Assembly (NCBI GenBank): GCA_963718555.1
Contig: OY970361.1
Coordinates: 212,059 to 276,058 of the forward strand
Length of the DNA: 64,000 nt
Direction: 5' to 3'
DNA from: an uncultured Methanoregulaceae archaeon
GTDB lineage: Archaea; Halobacteriota; Methanomicrobia; Methanomicrobiales; Methanospirillaceae
Part shown: positions 31,793 to 41,679 of the stretch, piece after piece
Numbering within the stretch: the stretch's first letter is position 1
How the letters are laid out: each line of letters starts with the position of its first letter
Made by a program: the position numbers and the translations under genes
The notes under the pieces: model-generated
The model's input: only the letters and a program-made list of their open reading frames with translations
Told to the model about the DNA's origin: nothing
Databases searched by the model: none

Positions 31793-32707
31793 TTATCCCT
31801 CGATAACTTTGATGAGCGCTTCCATGACCGCATCGACGCTCTTCCATGTGGGACTGTCGGGGCTGTCGATCCGGCGGATGATGAACGGGCGGCCCTCGTC
31901 GCCAGCCTTACGCATCTCGATATCAATCGGGATAGCGCCGAGGAACGGGATGCCGAGTTCCTCGGCAACCTTCTTCCCGCCGCCTTTGCCGAAGAGGTCG
32001 ATCTCCTCCCCGCAATGGGGACAGATCATGCCGCTCATGTTCTCGATGACCCCGATGACTGGCAGACCGAGCTTCTCGACAAACTTCGCGGACTTCCGGG
32101 CATCGAGAGTCGCGACGTCCTGCGGGGTGGTGACGATCACGGCGCCGCGGACATTGGGTGCAAGCTGGGCAATCGTAAGGGCCTCGTCACCGGTCCCGGG
32201 CGGGAGATCGACCACGAGGTAGTCGAGCGGTCCCCAGTTGACCTCGGAGAGGAACTGCTGGATCGCCGCCATCTTCATCGGGCCGCGCCAGATGATGGGA
32301 GTGCTCTCATCCGGGATCAGGAACGCCATCGAGATGACGGAGAGCTTGCCAGTCACGTGGACGGGCTCGATCTTGTTACCCGCCATCGCGAGCTGATGCT
32401 GCTCGATCCCGAGCATCTTGGGGATGTTGGGGCCGTGCATGTCGAGGTCGAGGAGCCCGACCTGCTTGCCGTGGTTCGACAGGGCGTAGGCGAGGTTGAC
32501 CGAGACGGTCGATTTCCCGACGCCGCCCTTGCCGGAGAGGACCAGGATCACATGTTTCACATCGAGGTCTGCCTTGGGGGGGAGGCCGGCGGCACCGCCT
32601 TTTGCAGAGGCACAGGTGCCCGCGGTCGGGCAGCTGGAGCATTCCTTCTCGCATTCCTCTCCTGCTGGTGTCTTCCGGGTTTCCTTCGGGGTATTTTTCA
32701 TTGCCAT
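31793..32707 (-). CDS. Mrp/NBP35 (ApbC) Fe-S cluster carrier ATPase
   Basis: N-terminal Cys motif CEKECSSCPTAGTC, SGKGGVGKST, WRGP, DLPPGTGD, ENMS..CPHC. Confidence 0.93.
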   Translation of the reverse strand: MAMKNTPKETRKTPAGEECEKECSSCPTAGTCASAKGGAAGLPPKADLDVKHVILVLSGKGGVGKSTVSVNLAYALSNHGKQVGLLDLDMHGPNIPKMLGIEQHQLAMAGNKIEPVHVTGKLSVISMAFLIPDESTPIIWRGPMKMAAIQQFLSEVNWGPLDYLVVDLPPGTGDEALTIAQLAPNVRGAVIVTTPQDVATLDARKSAKFVEKLGLPVIGVIENMSGMICPHCGEEIDLFGKGGGKKVAEELGIPFLGAIPIDIEMRKAGDEGRPFIIRRIDSPDSPTWKSVDAVMEALIKVIEG

Positions 32708-32886
32708 GGAATCAGTCCTGTACTCAGTATGCAATCGTACCAGTTGTTCGCGGAAGAAAATAAAGGTGGGAGATGGGTGCAGGTCACCGGATCCCGTTAA
32801 TCACCAGCGCAGCCCGTTGCACCTGAACAGGGCCGGGCCGTCCAGGCAGGGAACCTTAAAAGGTCTCCCGCACCAACGTCACCGGC

Positions 32887-33339
32887 ATGGAACGCCTTGT
32901 CGTCTCGCTCGACTTCCTCGAATTCCCGCCGGCCCATACCTGTGATGGCGGAAACCTCTCACCCCGGATCCATCTCCGGGGACCCGCCGCGGGGTCGGTC
33001 GCGGTCATGGTCTTCAACCCGTTCGAGAAGTCCTGCTGTTCCTTCACCCCCTGGATCTGCTGGAACCTTCCGCCTCTTTCCGTCATTCCGGCCGGCATGC
33101 CCCGCGAAGGTACCGTCACGGTGCCGGTCCCCGCAATCCAAGGCGTCACGGATTACGGGACAATCGGCTATACAGGCCCCTGCCCGCCTGCGGGGGCGAT
33201 GATCCGGTACCAGTTCAAGGTGTACGGCCTGGATGCCATGCTGGACCTGCCGGCAGGCTCGGACAAGCATGCCCTCGTCGCCGCGATGAGAGGGCACGTC
33301 CTCCAGTTCGGCGAAACAGCTGCGATCTGCTCGCGGTAA
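32887..33339 (+). CDS. YbhB/YbcL (PEBP/RKIP-like) protein, copy 1
   Basis: TCDGGNLSP, WICWNLP, GYTGPCPP, YQFKVYGLD. Confidence 0.88.
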   Translation: MERLVVSLDFLEFPPAHTCDGGNLSPRIHLRGPAAGSVAVMVFNPFEKSCCSFTPWICWNLPPLSVIPAGMPREGTVTVPVPAIQGVTDYGTIGYTGPCPPAGAMIRYQFKVYGLDAMLDLPAGSDKHALVAAMRGHVLQFGETAAICSR

Positions 33340-33418
33340 ATCCTGCAGGAGTTTTTATCAGACCGGGCACTACGTTTATTAAGCAATCCGTATATTACCC
33401 TCAATCAAAGAGAATACT

Positions 33419-33894
33419 ATGGACAACCTCAAAGTAAGCATCGACTTCCTGGAGTTCCCGCCGGCCCATACCTGTGACGGGCAGAACCTGTCGCCGAAGA
33501 TCACGATCCAGGGTCTCGAGTCGACTTCCGTTGCGGTCATGGTCTTCAACCCCTCGGTACGGAACGTAGTGTCGTATTGTGCCTGGCTCATCTGGAACCT
33601 CCCCCCCAACCGGTCATACCGGCGGGCATCCCCCACGGCGGAACCGTCATCGCGCCTTTCTCGGCCCTGCAGGGCACCAACGATGCCGGTGAGATCGGGT
33701 ATACCGGGCCCTGTCCCCTGCCCGGCCAGGTGCACCGCTACCTGTTCCGGGTCTACGGTCTCGATGATTTCCTCAAGGTTCCCGGAGGGGCAAAGAAGCA
33801 CGAACTCAGCAGCGCCATGCACGGCCATATCCTCCAGTATGGGGATACGGCAGGAGTTGCGTCGCGGATATCCCAGGACACGGTGCCGGAGTGA
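33419..33894 (+). CDS. YbhB/YbcL protein, copy 2; frameshift in C run near 33605
   Basis: TCDGQNLSP...WNLPP|QGTND..GYTGPCP..HRYLFRVYGLD. Confidence 0.85.
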
Positions 33895-33961
33895 AAGGGG
33901 TGCCGCGATCACCACGTTAATGTGAGGCCTGCCCCTTCATGGAGATACAGGAGATGATACC

Positions 33962-34423
33962 ACGGAAGCACTCAGGGTAAAAATTTCCGTCAGAGTCCTC
34001 CCGAACGACTACACGTGCGACGGGGAGGACCGGTCGCCGGAGATCGGTGTCGACGGCGTGAACACGGCCATATCGAAATGTCTTGCAATCCTCGTCAACG
34101 ACCCGGACGCTCCCGGCGGCGGGGGTTTTGTCCACTGGATCGCGTGGAACATGGAGCTGGTGAAAATGATCCCGGAGAAGATACCCAAGACACCGGTGGT
34201 GAAATTTCCCATGAAGGCGGTGCAGGGGACCAACAGTTTCGGCACGATCGGGTATGCCGGCCCCTGCCCCCCGAGAGGCCAGACGCACCGGTATTTCTTC
34301 AAAATCTATGGGCTGGATGCTGAACTCCCTCTGGATGCCGGCGCAACGAAGTACCAGCTTGTCGCCGCAATGCAGGGCCACGTGGTCCAGTACGGCGAGA
34401 CGTATGTCACGTACGGGCGATAG
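33962..34423 (+). CDS. YbhB/YbcL protein, copy 3 (apparent ACG start)
   Basis: In-frame upstream of track ORF: EALRVKIS...YTCDGEDRSP; canonical DPDAP, FVHW, GPCPP, HRYFF. Confidence 0.85.
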   Translation, partial: TEALRVKISVRVLPNDYTCDGEDRSPEIGVDGVNTAISKCLAILVNDPDAPGGGGFVHWIAWNMELVKMIPEKIPKTPVVKFPMKAVQGTNSFGTIGYAGPCPPRGQTHRYFFKIYGLDAELPLDAGATKYQLVAAMQGHVVQYGETYVTYGR

Positions 34424-34532
34424 ATTGCACCCGGTCCCTGCGGGGATGCCACACTTCTCCCTTTTTATCCGGAAAACGCAGGCTCATCCGGCTGCGTCAC
34501 GCTTAACATCTTCCGGTACTAAATGACCTGCC

Positions 34533-35719
34533 ATGGAAAAGCCGGTCAGTACCCGGATACCTGACCCCCGTCTCATGTCTGCCATCGGTGCCCTCGCCGG
34601 AAAGCGCGAGGCGCTCCTCTCGCCACTGGCCACGACAAGTGCCGATGCCGTGCGGAGACACCGGCGGGTACCGGAGGACATCCGGACCCGTACTCCCGCG
34701 ATGCCGACCGTATCATCCATACCCGCGCCTACACCAGATACATCGACAAGACGCAGGTCTTCTACCTCGTGGAAAACGACCACATCACGCACCGCGTCAT
34801 CCACGTCCAGCTCGTATCGAAGATCGCCAGGACGATAGGGCGGTGCCTCCGGCTCAACGAGGACCTGATCGAGGCGATTGCCCTCGGGCACGACATCGGC
34901 CACATCCCGTACGGCCATTTCGGTGAGGCCTGCCTCTCGTCTCTCTGCGAACAGTACGGGATCGGCAAATTCTTCCATAACGTGCAGAGCGTCCGGTTTC
35001 TCGACCAGATCGAGGACTGCGATCTGACCATGCAGGTGCTGGACGGGATCCTCTGCCACAACGGGGAGTCCGACGATGTCAGGATTGCTCCCGAACCCTG
35101 CGCCGGCTGGGCGGCGTTTGACAAGAAGGTGCAGGACAATGCTGACGGGAGGCGTTCCCGTTCCCCGATGACGCTCGAAGGGTGCGTGGTCAAGTTCGCC
35201 GACACCATTGCTTATATCGGCAGGGACCTGCAGGACGCCCGGGACATCGGGCTTATCGGGGATGCAACCCGGATCCCGGAAAAGATCCGGGACGTCATCG
35301 GCAGCACGAACCGCGAGATCATCAACACCCTGATCTACGACCTGCTGGAGAACAGCGATACCGAGGAGGCCGGGTTCATATCCTACAGCCGCGACGTGGA
35401 ATCAGCGCTGATCGGCCTGCGCACCTTCTCGCGGGAACATATCTACGACAACCCGATCCTGACATCGGAGCGCGGGAAGATCGAGAGGATGTATGCCACC
35501 CTCTTCGGCTCCTGCATGGATGCTCTTGAGAAGAACACCACGACCGCGAAAATCTATACGGACTTCCTCGATACCGGATGGACGAGCCCGGCCTATCTCG
35601 ATACCGCCATCCCGGCCGAGCTGGCCCGGGACTTCATTGCGGGCATGACCGACCGCTACTTTGCGAAACGCTACGAGGAATGCGTGATCCCCCGCCGGGT
35701 TGAGGGGAAGTTTGGCTGA
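34533..35719 (+). CDS. dGTP triphosphohydrolase-like HD-domain protein; frameshift near 34690
   Basis: RDADRIIH...KTQVF, THRVIH, ALGHDIGHIPYGHFGE, ADTIAY, DFIAGMTD. Confidence 0.85.
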
Positions 35720-35730
35720 ACATAAACCGG

Positions 35731-35925
35731 TTAATGGTACTTTCCTTTCGGTTCCGCCCAGCCGGTGAACCCGCAATAGATACAGCCGACTCCTTCGCAG
35801 TGCCGGCAGTGACGTTTGGGGGCGGTGACAAGCACCGTGCCGGTCTTGTCGCAGTACAGGCAGCCCTCGCCCCCGCAGTGCCCGCAGATCGCAGGTTCGT
35901 AGCTCTTCTCTCCGAGGGTCGTCAT
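35731..35925 (-). CDS. Small Cys-rich protein (DnaJ-type CxxCxGxG zinc-finger repeats)
   Basis: CGHCGGEGCLYCDKTG and CRHCEGVGCIYCGFTG. Confidence 0.75.
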   Translation of the reverse strand: MTTLGEKSYEPAICGHCGGEGCLYCDKTGTVLVTAPKRHCRHCEGVGCIYCGFTGWAEPKGKYH

Positions 35926-35949
35926 GGGATCGGGCCTCCCCCGGGAACC

Positions 35950-38037
35950 TCAGTCATCGTCCTCATCCAGATACCCCTGGAGGGCCTCGCGGAGTTCGGA
36001 AGCGGACTGGTAACGTTTTGCCGGGTCCTTCTCGAGGCATTTTAAGATGATCTTCTCCACTGCTTCCGCATCCGGGTTGTATTCCGATGGAGGAATGGGC
36101 TCTTCCCGGAGGATCGCATTTCCCACCTCTACGATACTCTCGCCGCCGAACGGGATCGAACCGGTGACGAGCTCGTAAAAGACCACCCCCAGCTGGTAGA
36201 GGTCGGTCCGCTCATCCGTCCTCCCGAACCCGGAAGGGGAGACCTGCTCCGGCGCTGCGTAGGAGAGGGAGAAACCCGCAACGCTCGACTTTTTTACATC
36301 GGCAGCAAGCACCTTGCTCATGCCCCAGTCGGTGATCTTGGGCACGAGGTCTTTTGTCAGGAGGATATTGTGGGGCTTGATATCCCGGTGGATGAAGCCG
36401 TGTTCATGGGCGTACCGGAGACCGTCCGAGACTCCCGTGATCAGGTGGACTGCCTTCCAGACCGGCATCGGCTTTGAGAGCTCCTCCAGCGAGCCGGGGA
36501 CATACTCCATCTCGACGTAGGGGACCGGCAGGATGTTGACCGCGGATACCTCGACGATATTGGGGTGGCGCAGGGTCTCCCACGCAGCAATCTCGTTCAG
36601 GAAGCATTTGCCGGTCACTTCGTCGAAACTGATGGGGATCTTCACCGCGACCCGGACCCCGTCCGTTTTGCGTACGGCCGAGAATACCCAGGCAATCCCG
36701 CCCCTTCCGACAAACATGATGTCGGTATACTTGTTCTCGAGTTCCCGGGGGAAGTAATTCTTCTGGTCGGTCGCTGCCGGCTGGGGGCTGGTCATGGTTG
36801 CCCCTACTCCCGCCACCGTCTTTATTCCCGGCATGGTGACCAGTGCCCGGGTCCGTTCAACAGCAGTCCGCAGGACCGATGCCGCCTGGGTAACGGCGGG
36901 CACTGGCGAGGGGAGCGGCAGTCCGGCATGTTTCCTCGCAAGGAAGATCCACCCGCCGATGCCGGCCATTACGAGGCCGATGAGGACAAGGGCCACAGCC
37001 GTCAGCGGGATGCTATGCTGGGTCCGCGATGCAGGAACCGGTGCGGAGGGAACAGGGGCAGTTGCCGGCAGGGTTTTCACGGGTGACGGGATTGCCGTGG
37101 TGATCGGTCGTGCTGGGGTAGTCAGGGAGGTGGCGGGGCCTCCCGTTCCGGCAGCAGTGACGGTCATCATCCCGGTATAGTACTCCGGCGGATCCATCAG
37201 GGGGTACGCATCGCTGCTGTACGGGTCTGTACCGTTACCGTTCGTCCCTGTACTGATACTGGTGATGTACGGCGTGTCACCGATCCCGTCGCCGTTCCTG
37301 TCCCTGCCCCGGTAATTATCCCAGTAATTGCCTAACCGGCTCTGTTCGCTCTGGCCGAGATACGTGTAACTGAAGCTGGCACCGGTGCTCCACATGGAGC
37401 TGGGGCTCCTGGAGATCACGTTCTGGGTATTGGAGAAGCTGTTGCGCGAGATGGTGTTGGCAGGGGAACTTTCGTCCAGCATGATGCCGATGTAATTGCC
37501 ATCGATGGTGTTTTCATCGATCAGGTTTCCTCCCGCTGACTCCAGGACAATCCCGGCGCGGTTGCTGCCGGTGATCTCGTTATCGATGATGGTATTATTA
37601 TCTGCCGAGGCCAGATCGATCCCTTCCGCATTGCCCTTCAGGGTATTATCCTGTATGAAATCGTTGTTCGAGGTTACCCGGATCCCGCTGGCGGTCCCGC
37701 TGTTCTGGATGGTGAAGCCCTGGATGGAACACCCGTCGGCGAGGATCTCCACGATATTTGCAGTCTTGCCGGAAGTGATGACCGGTGCCCCGCCGCCGCT
37801 GTCCACGCCTATGAGGAACAGTTTTTTGTCGAGCTTGATATTCTCCGTATAGGTCCCGGACTCGACACGGATCGTATCGCCACCGCTCGACCAGTCAACG
37901 GCATCCTTGATACTGGTGAACTCTGCACCCGACGGGGCAACGACGTGATCGGCGGCCGAGGCCGGCGGCAGGCAGGGAAGGGTGCAGGCAAGCACGAGTA
38001 TGGTGAGGATGCAGAAACTGCGGTGGAGCGGAATCAT
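35950..38037 (-). CDS. Receptor-like Ser/Thr protein kinase: signal peptide, NosD/CASH beta-helix, Thr/Pro linker, TM, Hanks kinase
   Basis: GRGGIAWV, VAVK, HRDIKPHN, DWG, YAAPEQ, DLYQLG; extracellular GNYWDNY.G.D.NGDGIGDTPY. Confidence 0.92.
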   Translation of the reverse strand: MIPLHRSFCILTILVLACTLPCLPPASAADHVVAPSGAEFTSIKDAVDWSSGGDTIRVESGTYTENIKLDKKLFLIGVDSGGGAPVITSGKTANIVEILADGCSIQGFTIQNSGTASGIRVTSNNDFIQDNTLKGNAEGIDLASADNNTIIDNEITGSNRAGIVLESAGGNLIDENTIDGNYIGIMLDESSPANTISRNSFSNTQNVISRSPSSMWSTGASFSYTYLGQSEQSRLGNYWDNYRGRDRNGDGIGDTPYITSISTGTNGNGTDPYSSDAYPLMDPPEYYTGMMTVTAAGTGGPATSLTTPARPITTAIPSPVKTLPATAPVPSAPVPASRTQHSIPLTAVALVLIGLVMAGIGGWIFLARKHAGLPLPSPVPAVTQAASVLRTAVERTRALVTMPGIKTVAGVGATMTSPQPAATDQKNYFPRELENKYTDIMFVGRGGIAWVFSAVRKTDGVRVAVKIPISFDEVTGKCFLNEIAAWETLRHPNIVEVSAVNILPVPYVEMEYVPGSLEELSKPMPVWKAVHLITGVSDGLRYAHEHGFIHRDIKPHNILLTKDLVPKITDWGMSKVLAADVKKSSVAGFSLSYAAPEQVSPSGFGRTDERTDLYQLGVVFYELVTGSIPFGGESIVEVGNAILREEPIPPSEYNPDAEAVEKIILKCLEKDPAKRYQSASELREALQGYLDEDDD

Positions 38038-38123
38038 AGGGTTTCCGTAAAGGGTACGATCATCTGATAGGTCAGGATGATTGATATGCATGTGAGGTTG
38101 CCCATCAAAAGAACCGGCTCGCC

Positions 38124-38909
38124 TCAGGTATTACCGGGAAGGATCATCAGGAGTTTAACACCGGATACCCCTTTCGCGAGTTCAAGTAAGTCCCCGTCCT
38201 GCACGGGAGTCCGGGTATTTTTCTCCAGTTTGTGGTTGTTCAGCTGCGTTCCCCCGGTACTCCCGGAATCCTCGATATACCATCTCCCCTTGTCACGGAT
38301 GAATTTCCCGTGAGGCCGGGAGATCCGGGTCACTGCCGTGTAACCGTCTGAGAGCACCACATCGGACTCCGGCCGGAACGAGGCTGTATTTTCCGGGTCG
38401 TTCCTCCCGATGCTGACCGTGTCGTGTTTGAGCAGGAAGACTTTTCCGTCGTCAGGTCCGCCGAGCACAATCGCAGCGGGGACTCCTCCCAGCACTTCTT
38501 TTGACAGCGTCCCTTTCACTTCATCGAGGCGTCGCGCAATCTCGCTGCCGACGACTTGCACCCGCGTGTTGGAGAAGAGCCCGAGGTTTCTGATGATTGC
38601 CTCGAGGCCCCCCGGGACAAGGGAATATTCCCAGACCGGGTGAATACCCTTGGACGTGGGGGCACCCAGTCCCGCCTCTTTTTTTATGACGCCGATACTC
38701 AGGAGCTTGTCGAGATGTTTTTTCGTGTTTTCATAGCTGGTCTCGATCTCCTTTGAGATTGCCCGCGCATCGTGGGGTTTTTTCTCCAGGAATTTCAATA
38801 TCCTGAGCCGTGCGCTGCTCGAGAGTACGTCGAGATATTCCGACAGCTCCTCCAGTGTATCGGACTCTTCGTGAACAATGATCGTGGGAGACTTATCCGC
38901 GGGATCCAT
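38124..38909 (-). CDS. ArsR-type winged-HTH + FHA domain protein
   Basis: LSSSARLRILKFL...TKKHLDKLLSIG; FHA motifs IGR, ISRPHG, IEDSGSTGGT. Confidence 0.88.
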   Translation of the reverse strand: MDPADKSPTIIVHEESDTLEELSEYLDVLSSSARLRILKFLEKKPHDARAISKEIETSYENTKKHLDKLLSIGVIKKEAGLGAPTSKGIHPVWEYSLVPGGLEAIIRNLGLFSNTRVQVVGSEIARRLDEVKGTLSKEVLGGVPAAIVLGGPDDGKVFLLKHDTVSIGRNDPENTASFRPESDVVLSDGYTAVTRISRPHGKFIRDKGRWYIEDSGSTGGTQLNNHKLEKNTRTPVQDGDLLELAKGVSGVKLLMILPGNT

Positions 38910-39150
38910 AGCGCTCCACCATGGGTTGTGGTACCATACCTATTGGTTATGGGAAGATAAGGGCATGGCGGTTTATATTTTCTCCCCATAGCCACATCCG
39001 AAGGGTTCGTCCATCTAACCCCGGAGTTATATGCTCCAACCCGGGGAATTGAGGGTATTTATCAGCGGGCAGGACTGACCGTTGTATCAGGTGATGCACG
39101 AGTCTGATTCGGCGTGTCACCGACCCATCAAGAAACGAGGGAACCGCCAC

Positions 39151-39381
39151 ATGAACACCGGTATCATCATGATCGGTCTTGCACTCATCCTGTTCTCCGT
39201 AGCGCTGATGGTATCGCCATCGGATGCTGCCGGTCAGGACACTGCCTGCAGCCACGGCTGCGGGAGTCCCGTCTTCGTTCCGGGCCAGAGTCCGGGACTG
39301 GGATGCCGGAGTACGGCCGGGGATTCCGGGGCAACCTGCATTCCCGGAACGATCCTGACTGGTTCAGCGTTGCCGCCATGA
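39151..39381 (+). CDS. Putative small secreted Cys-containing peptide
   Basis: GAGGGA SD-like sequence, signal-peptide-like MNTGIIMIGLALILFSVALMVSPSDA, ~50-aa mature part with 4 Cys. Confidence 0.45.
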   Translation: MNTGIIMIGLALILFSVALMVSPSDAAGQDTACSHGCGSPVFVPGQSPGLGCRSTAGDSGATCIPGTILTGSALPP

Positions 39382-39776
39382 TGTCTCGTGCCGGGTCCGG
39401 TCCGGTAACCTCCAGCAAGCCACGCACCGTATGAACGATGAACATCCATGCACGTCCCGGCACGTGTTGCACGCGGACGCCGGGAATCTGCTTACCGCAA
39501 GAACGAGCCCCATGCCGCCCGCACACCGTGCCGGCGCGGGATCATCTCTCACTCCAGAGGCCCGGAGGTTTCCACGCCTCCGGGAATCATACACCAAAAG
39601 TCAAATCATACTTTTTTGATATGCTTCCCTCCAGATAAGGATGAAATACGGAGACATCCGGACATGCCCGGGGAAAACCACGACGAACGGGTGCACCGAC
39701 CTGAGGAAAAACCCCGGCAGGTTTTCCCGGCTGAATGGAGATCTTTAAAAAGAGATGGTAATTTTCAGTCCGCGGG

Positions 39777-40733
39777 TCAGTTCCTTCTCTTCAGGAACAG
39801 GCCATAACACACGCCGGTGACCCCCAGTGCCGCTGCTGCAGTAATTCCTGACAGCGGGGACTCGGGGGTGGTTGTCGTTATCGGGTACGGGGTTGGCAGT
39901 GTCGCCGTTGGTCTGGAGGCCGGGGTCGTAGCCGGAACCTGATATGCCGTCGTCTCGGTACCTGTCATGGCCGGGGTTGTGGGGACCGTTGCCGGGACCG
40001 TGAGCCGGATATTGTCGATATAGCCTTGCGCATAGATGTTCATCATGCCATAATCGCCGATCGAGCCGAGGTAAATGCGGTTCATGCCGTGCATGTCCTC
40101 ACCGGTGTTCACGAAATACCCCCAGAGCTCGTTCCCGGTCATCTTCTCGTTGACCTTCATGCTGAGGATCTTCTGGTCTCCGTTGTAGTTCACCGTCACG
40201 TGGTAGGTCTTGTTGAAATCGTATTTTTTCGTAGGCCCGTCGTATGCAAGGGGGCCGCTGGAGAGGGCATCACCGCTCTGGCTGTTGACTTCCACCATCT
40301 TGTTACCGGGGGTGACCAGGTGCAGCCATACGATCTGCCCGAACTTGGCATTGGTGAATTCCGTCAGGACATTGGGGCCTTTGCCGGGATCCATCTCCGG
40401 TCCCGAAAAGCCTAGGCGGAAGGTCGCCCCTTCGTCGACGCTGGTAAGAATCACATCATATTCGAGGGTGAACGGTCCCTTATCGTAGTTATTAACTGTT
40501 GTATATGCATAGCAACCCGTGCTCGGCTCAATCGCAAAATGGTACATCTCAAGGCCGGGGTCCCAGTAATAATACGTCGGGCACAACGTTGTCCAGTGGG
40601 GATCCGTTGCAAACGAGTTCTGGTACAGCACATTTACCGATGCATCGCCTGCAGCCTGGACCGGGACCGAGAACGCCAGTGCCAAGAGGCAGGTCGTAAC
40701 AAGGAGGTATAATGCCAGGGTTCGTGATTTCAT
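39777..40733 (-). CDS. Secreted surface protein with Thr/Pro linker and C-terminal sorting-like TM (SPL...KRRN)
   Basis: Signal peptide, beta-rich (lectin-like) core, T/P-rich stalk, ESPLS + TM + basic tail. Confidence 0.8.
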   Translation of the reverse strand: MKSRTLALYLLVTTCLLALAFSVPVQAAGDASVNVLYQNSFATDPHWTTLCPTYYYWDPGLEMYHFAIEPSTGCYAYTTVNNYDKGPFTLEYDVILTSVDEGATFRLGFSGPEMDPGKGPNVLTEFTNAKFGQIVWLHLVTPGNKMVEVNSQSGDALSSGPLAYDGPTKKYDFNKTYHVTVNYNGDQKILSMKVNEKMTGNELWGYFVNTGEDMHGMNRIYLGSIGDYGMMNIYAQGYIDNIRLTVPATVPTTPAMTGTETTAYQVPATTPASRPTATLPTPYPITTTTPESPLSGITAAAALGVTGVCYGLFLKRRN

Positions 40734-40915
40734 GCAGTTTCTTCCTCTGTTGTATTCCTGTGGTAACCGCAGACTGTTGCCGTGCGGAGGATATGCCGGT
40801 TACTAGGAGGCTTATCGTATACGTACTTTGTCCTGCGTTCTTAAGAATACCGAACGGCAAACAGGATATATTTATGTTAAAATCACGTACTATAAGAGAG
40901 CAATACAGTAAACAT

Positions 40916-40986
40916 GCGATAATAGTCTAGCGGTAGGACAGGAGCTTCCCAAGCTTCTAACCCGGGTTCGATCCCCGGTTATCGCA
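40916..40986 (+). tRNA. tRNA-Gly(CCC)
   Basis: Acceptor GCGATAA/TTATCGC, anticodon arm GGAGC-TTCCCAA-GCTTC, GGTTCGATCC. Confidence 0.95.
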
Positions 40987-40994
40987 TCCGGCCT

Positions 40995-41678
40995 ATGGAG
41001 TCTGAACCTGAACGCTCGGCAATACGGATCATCGCGGAGAACCGCAGGGGCGTACTCCGGGACATCGCGACTGTGGTTGCCGACCATGATGCGAATATCG
41101 TCATGATCAACCAGGAGGTATTTGACTCCGGCCCCTATTGCGGGATGGCCGAACTCTATTTTGAATACGACTGCGGCGATGCGGGCGATCACGACCGGCT
41201 CCTTGCGGACCTGAACGATATCCCGTCCGTCAAGGACGTCCGGGCCTACCAGCCGTTCGGGCATATCTTCGGGTCACGCGTTATTATCATCGGCGGAGGT
41301 GCACAGGTCGCCCAGGTCGCCCTTGGCGCCGTGAACGAGGCGGACCGGCACAACATCCGCGGCGAGCGGATCTCGGTGGACACCATACCGCTCGTCGGTG
41401 AGCGCACGCTGGCCCTTGCCGTTGATGCGGTCGCACGCCTACCCCGCGCCTCCATCCTCGTGCTGGCAGGTTCGATCATGGGCGGCGACATCTCGAAGGC
41501 CGTGGACCGTGTCCGGGAGTCGGGGATCCCGGTCATCGCCCTCAGGATGGCAGGGACGGTCCCGGAGCACGCCGACCTTGTGGTCACCGACCCGATACAG
41601 GCAGGGGTCTTCGCGGTAATGCATGTCAGCAGCAAGGCCGTCTTCGATATCAACCGCGTCCGCGGGCGGGAATTCTGA
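40995..41678 (+). CDS. ACT-domain protein (DUF5612-like, methanogen-conserved)
   Basis: N-terminal ACT (ENRRGVLRDI), GGGAQVAQVA.GA..EADRHNIRGERISVDT. Confidence 0.8.
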   Translation: MESEPERSAIRIIAENRRGVLRDIATVVADHDANIVMINQEVFDSGPYCGMAELYFEYDCGDAGDHDRLLADLNDIPSVKDVRAYQPFGHIFGSRVIIIGGGAQVAQVALGAVNEADRHNIRGERISVDTIPLVGERTLALAVDAVARLPRASILVLAGSIMGGDISKAVDRVRESGIPVIALRMAGTVPEHADLVVTDPIQAGVFAVMHVSSKAVFDINRVRGREF

Positions 41679-41679
41679 A

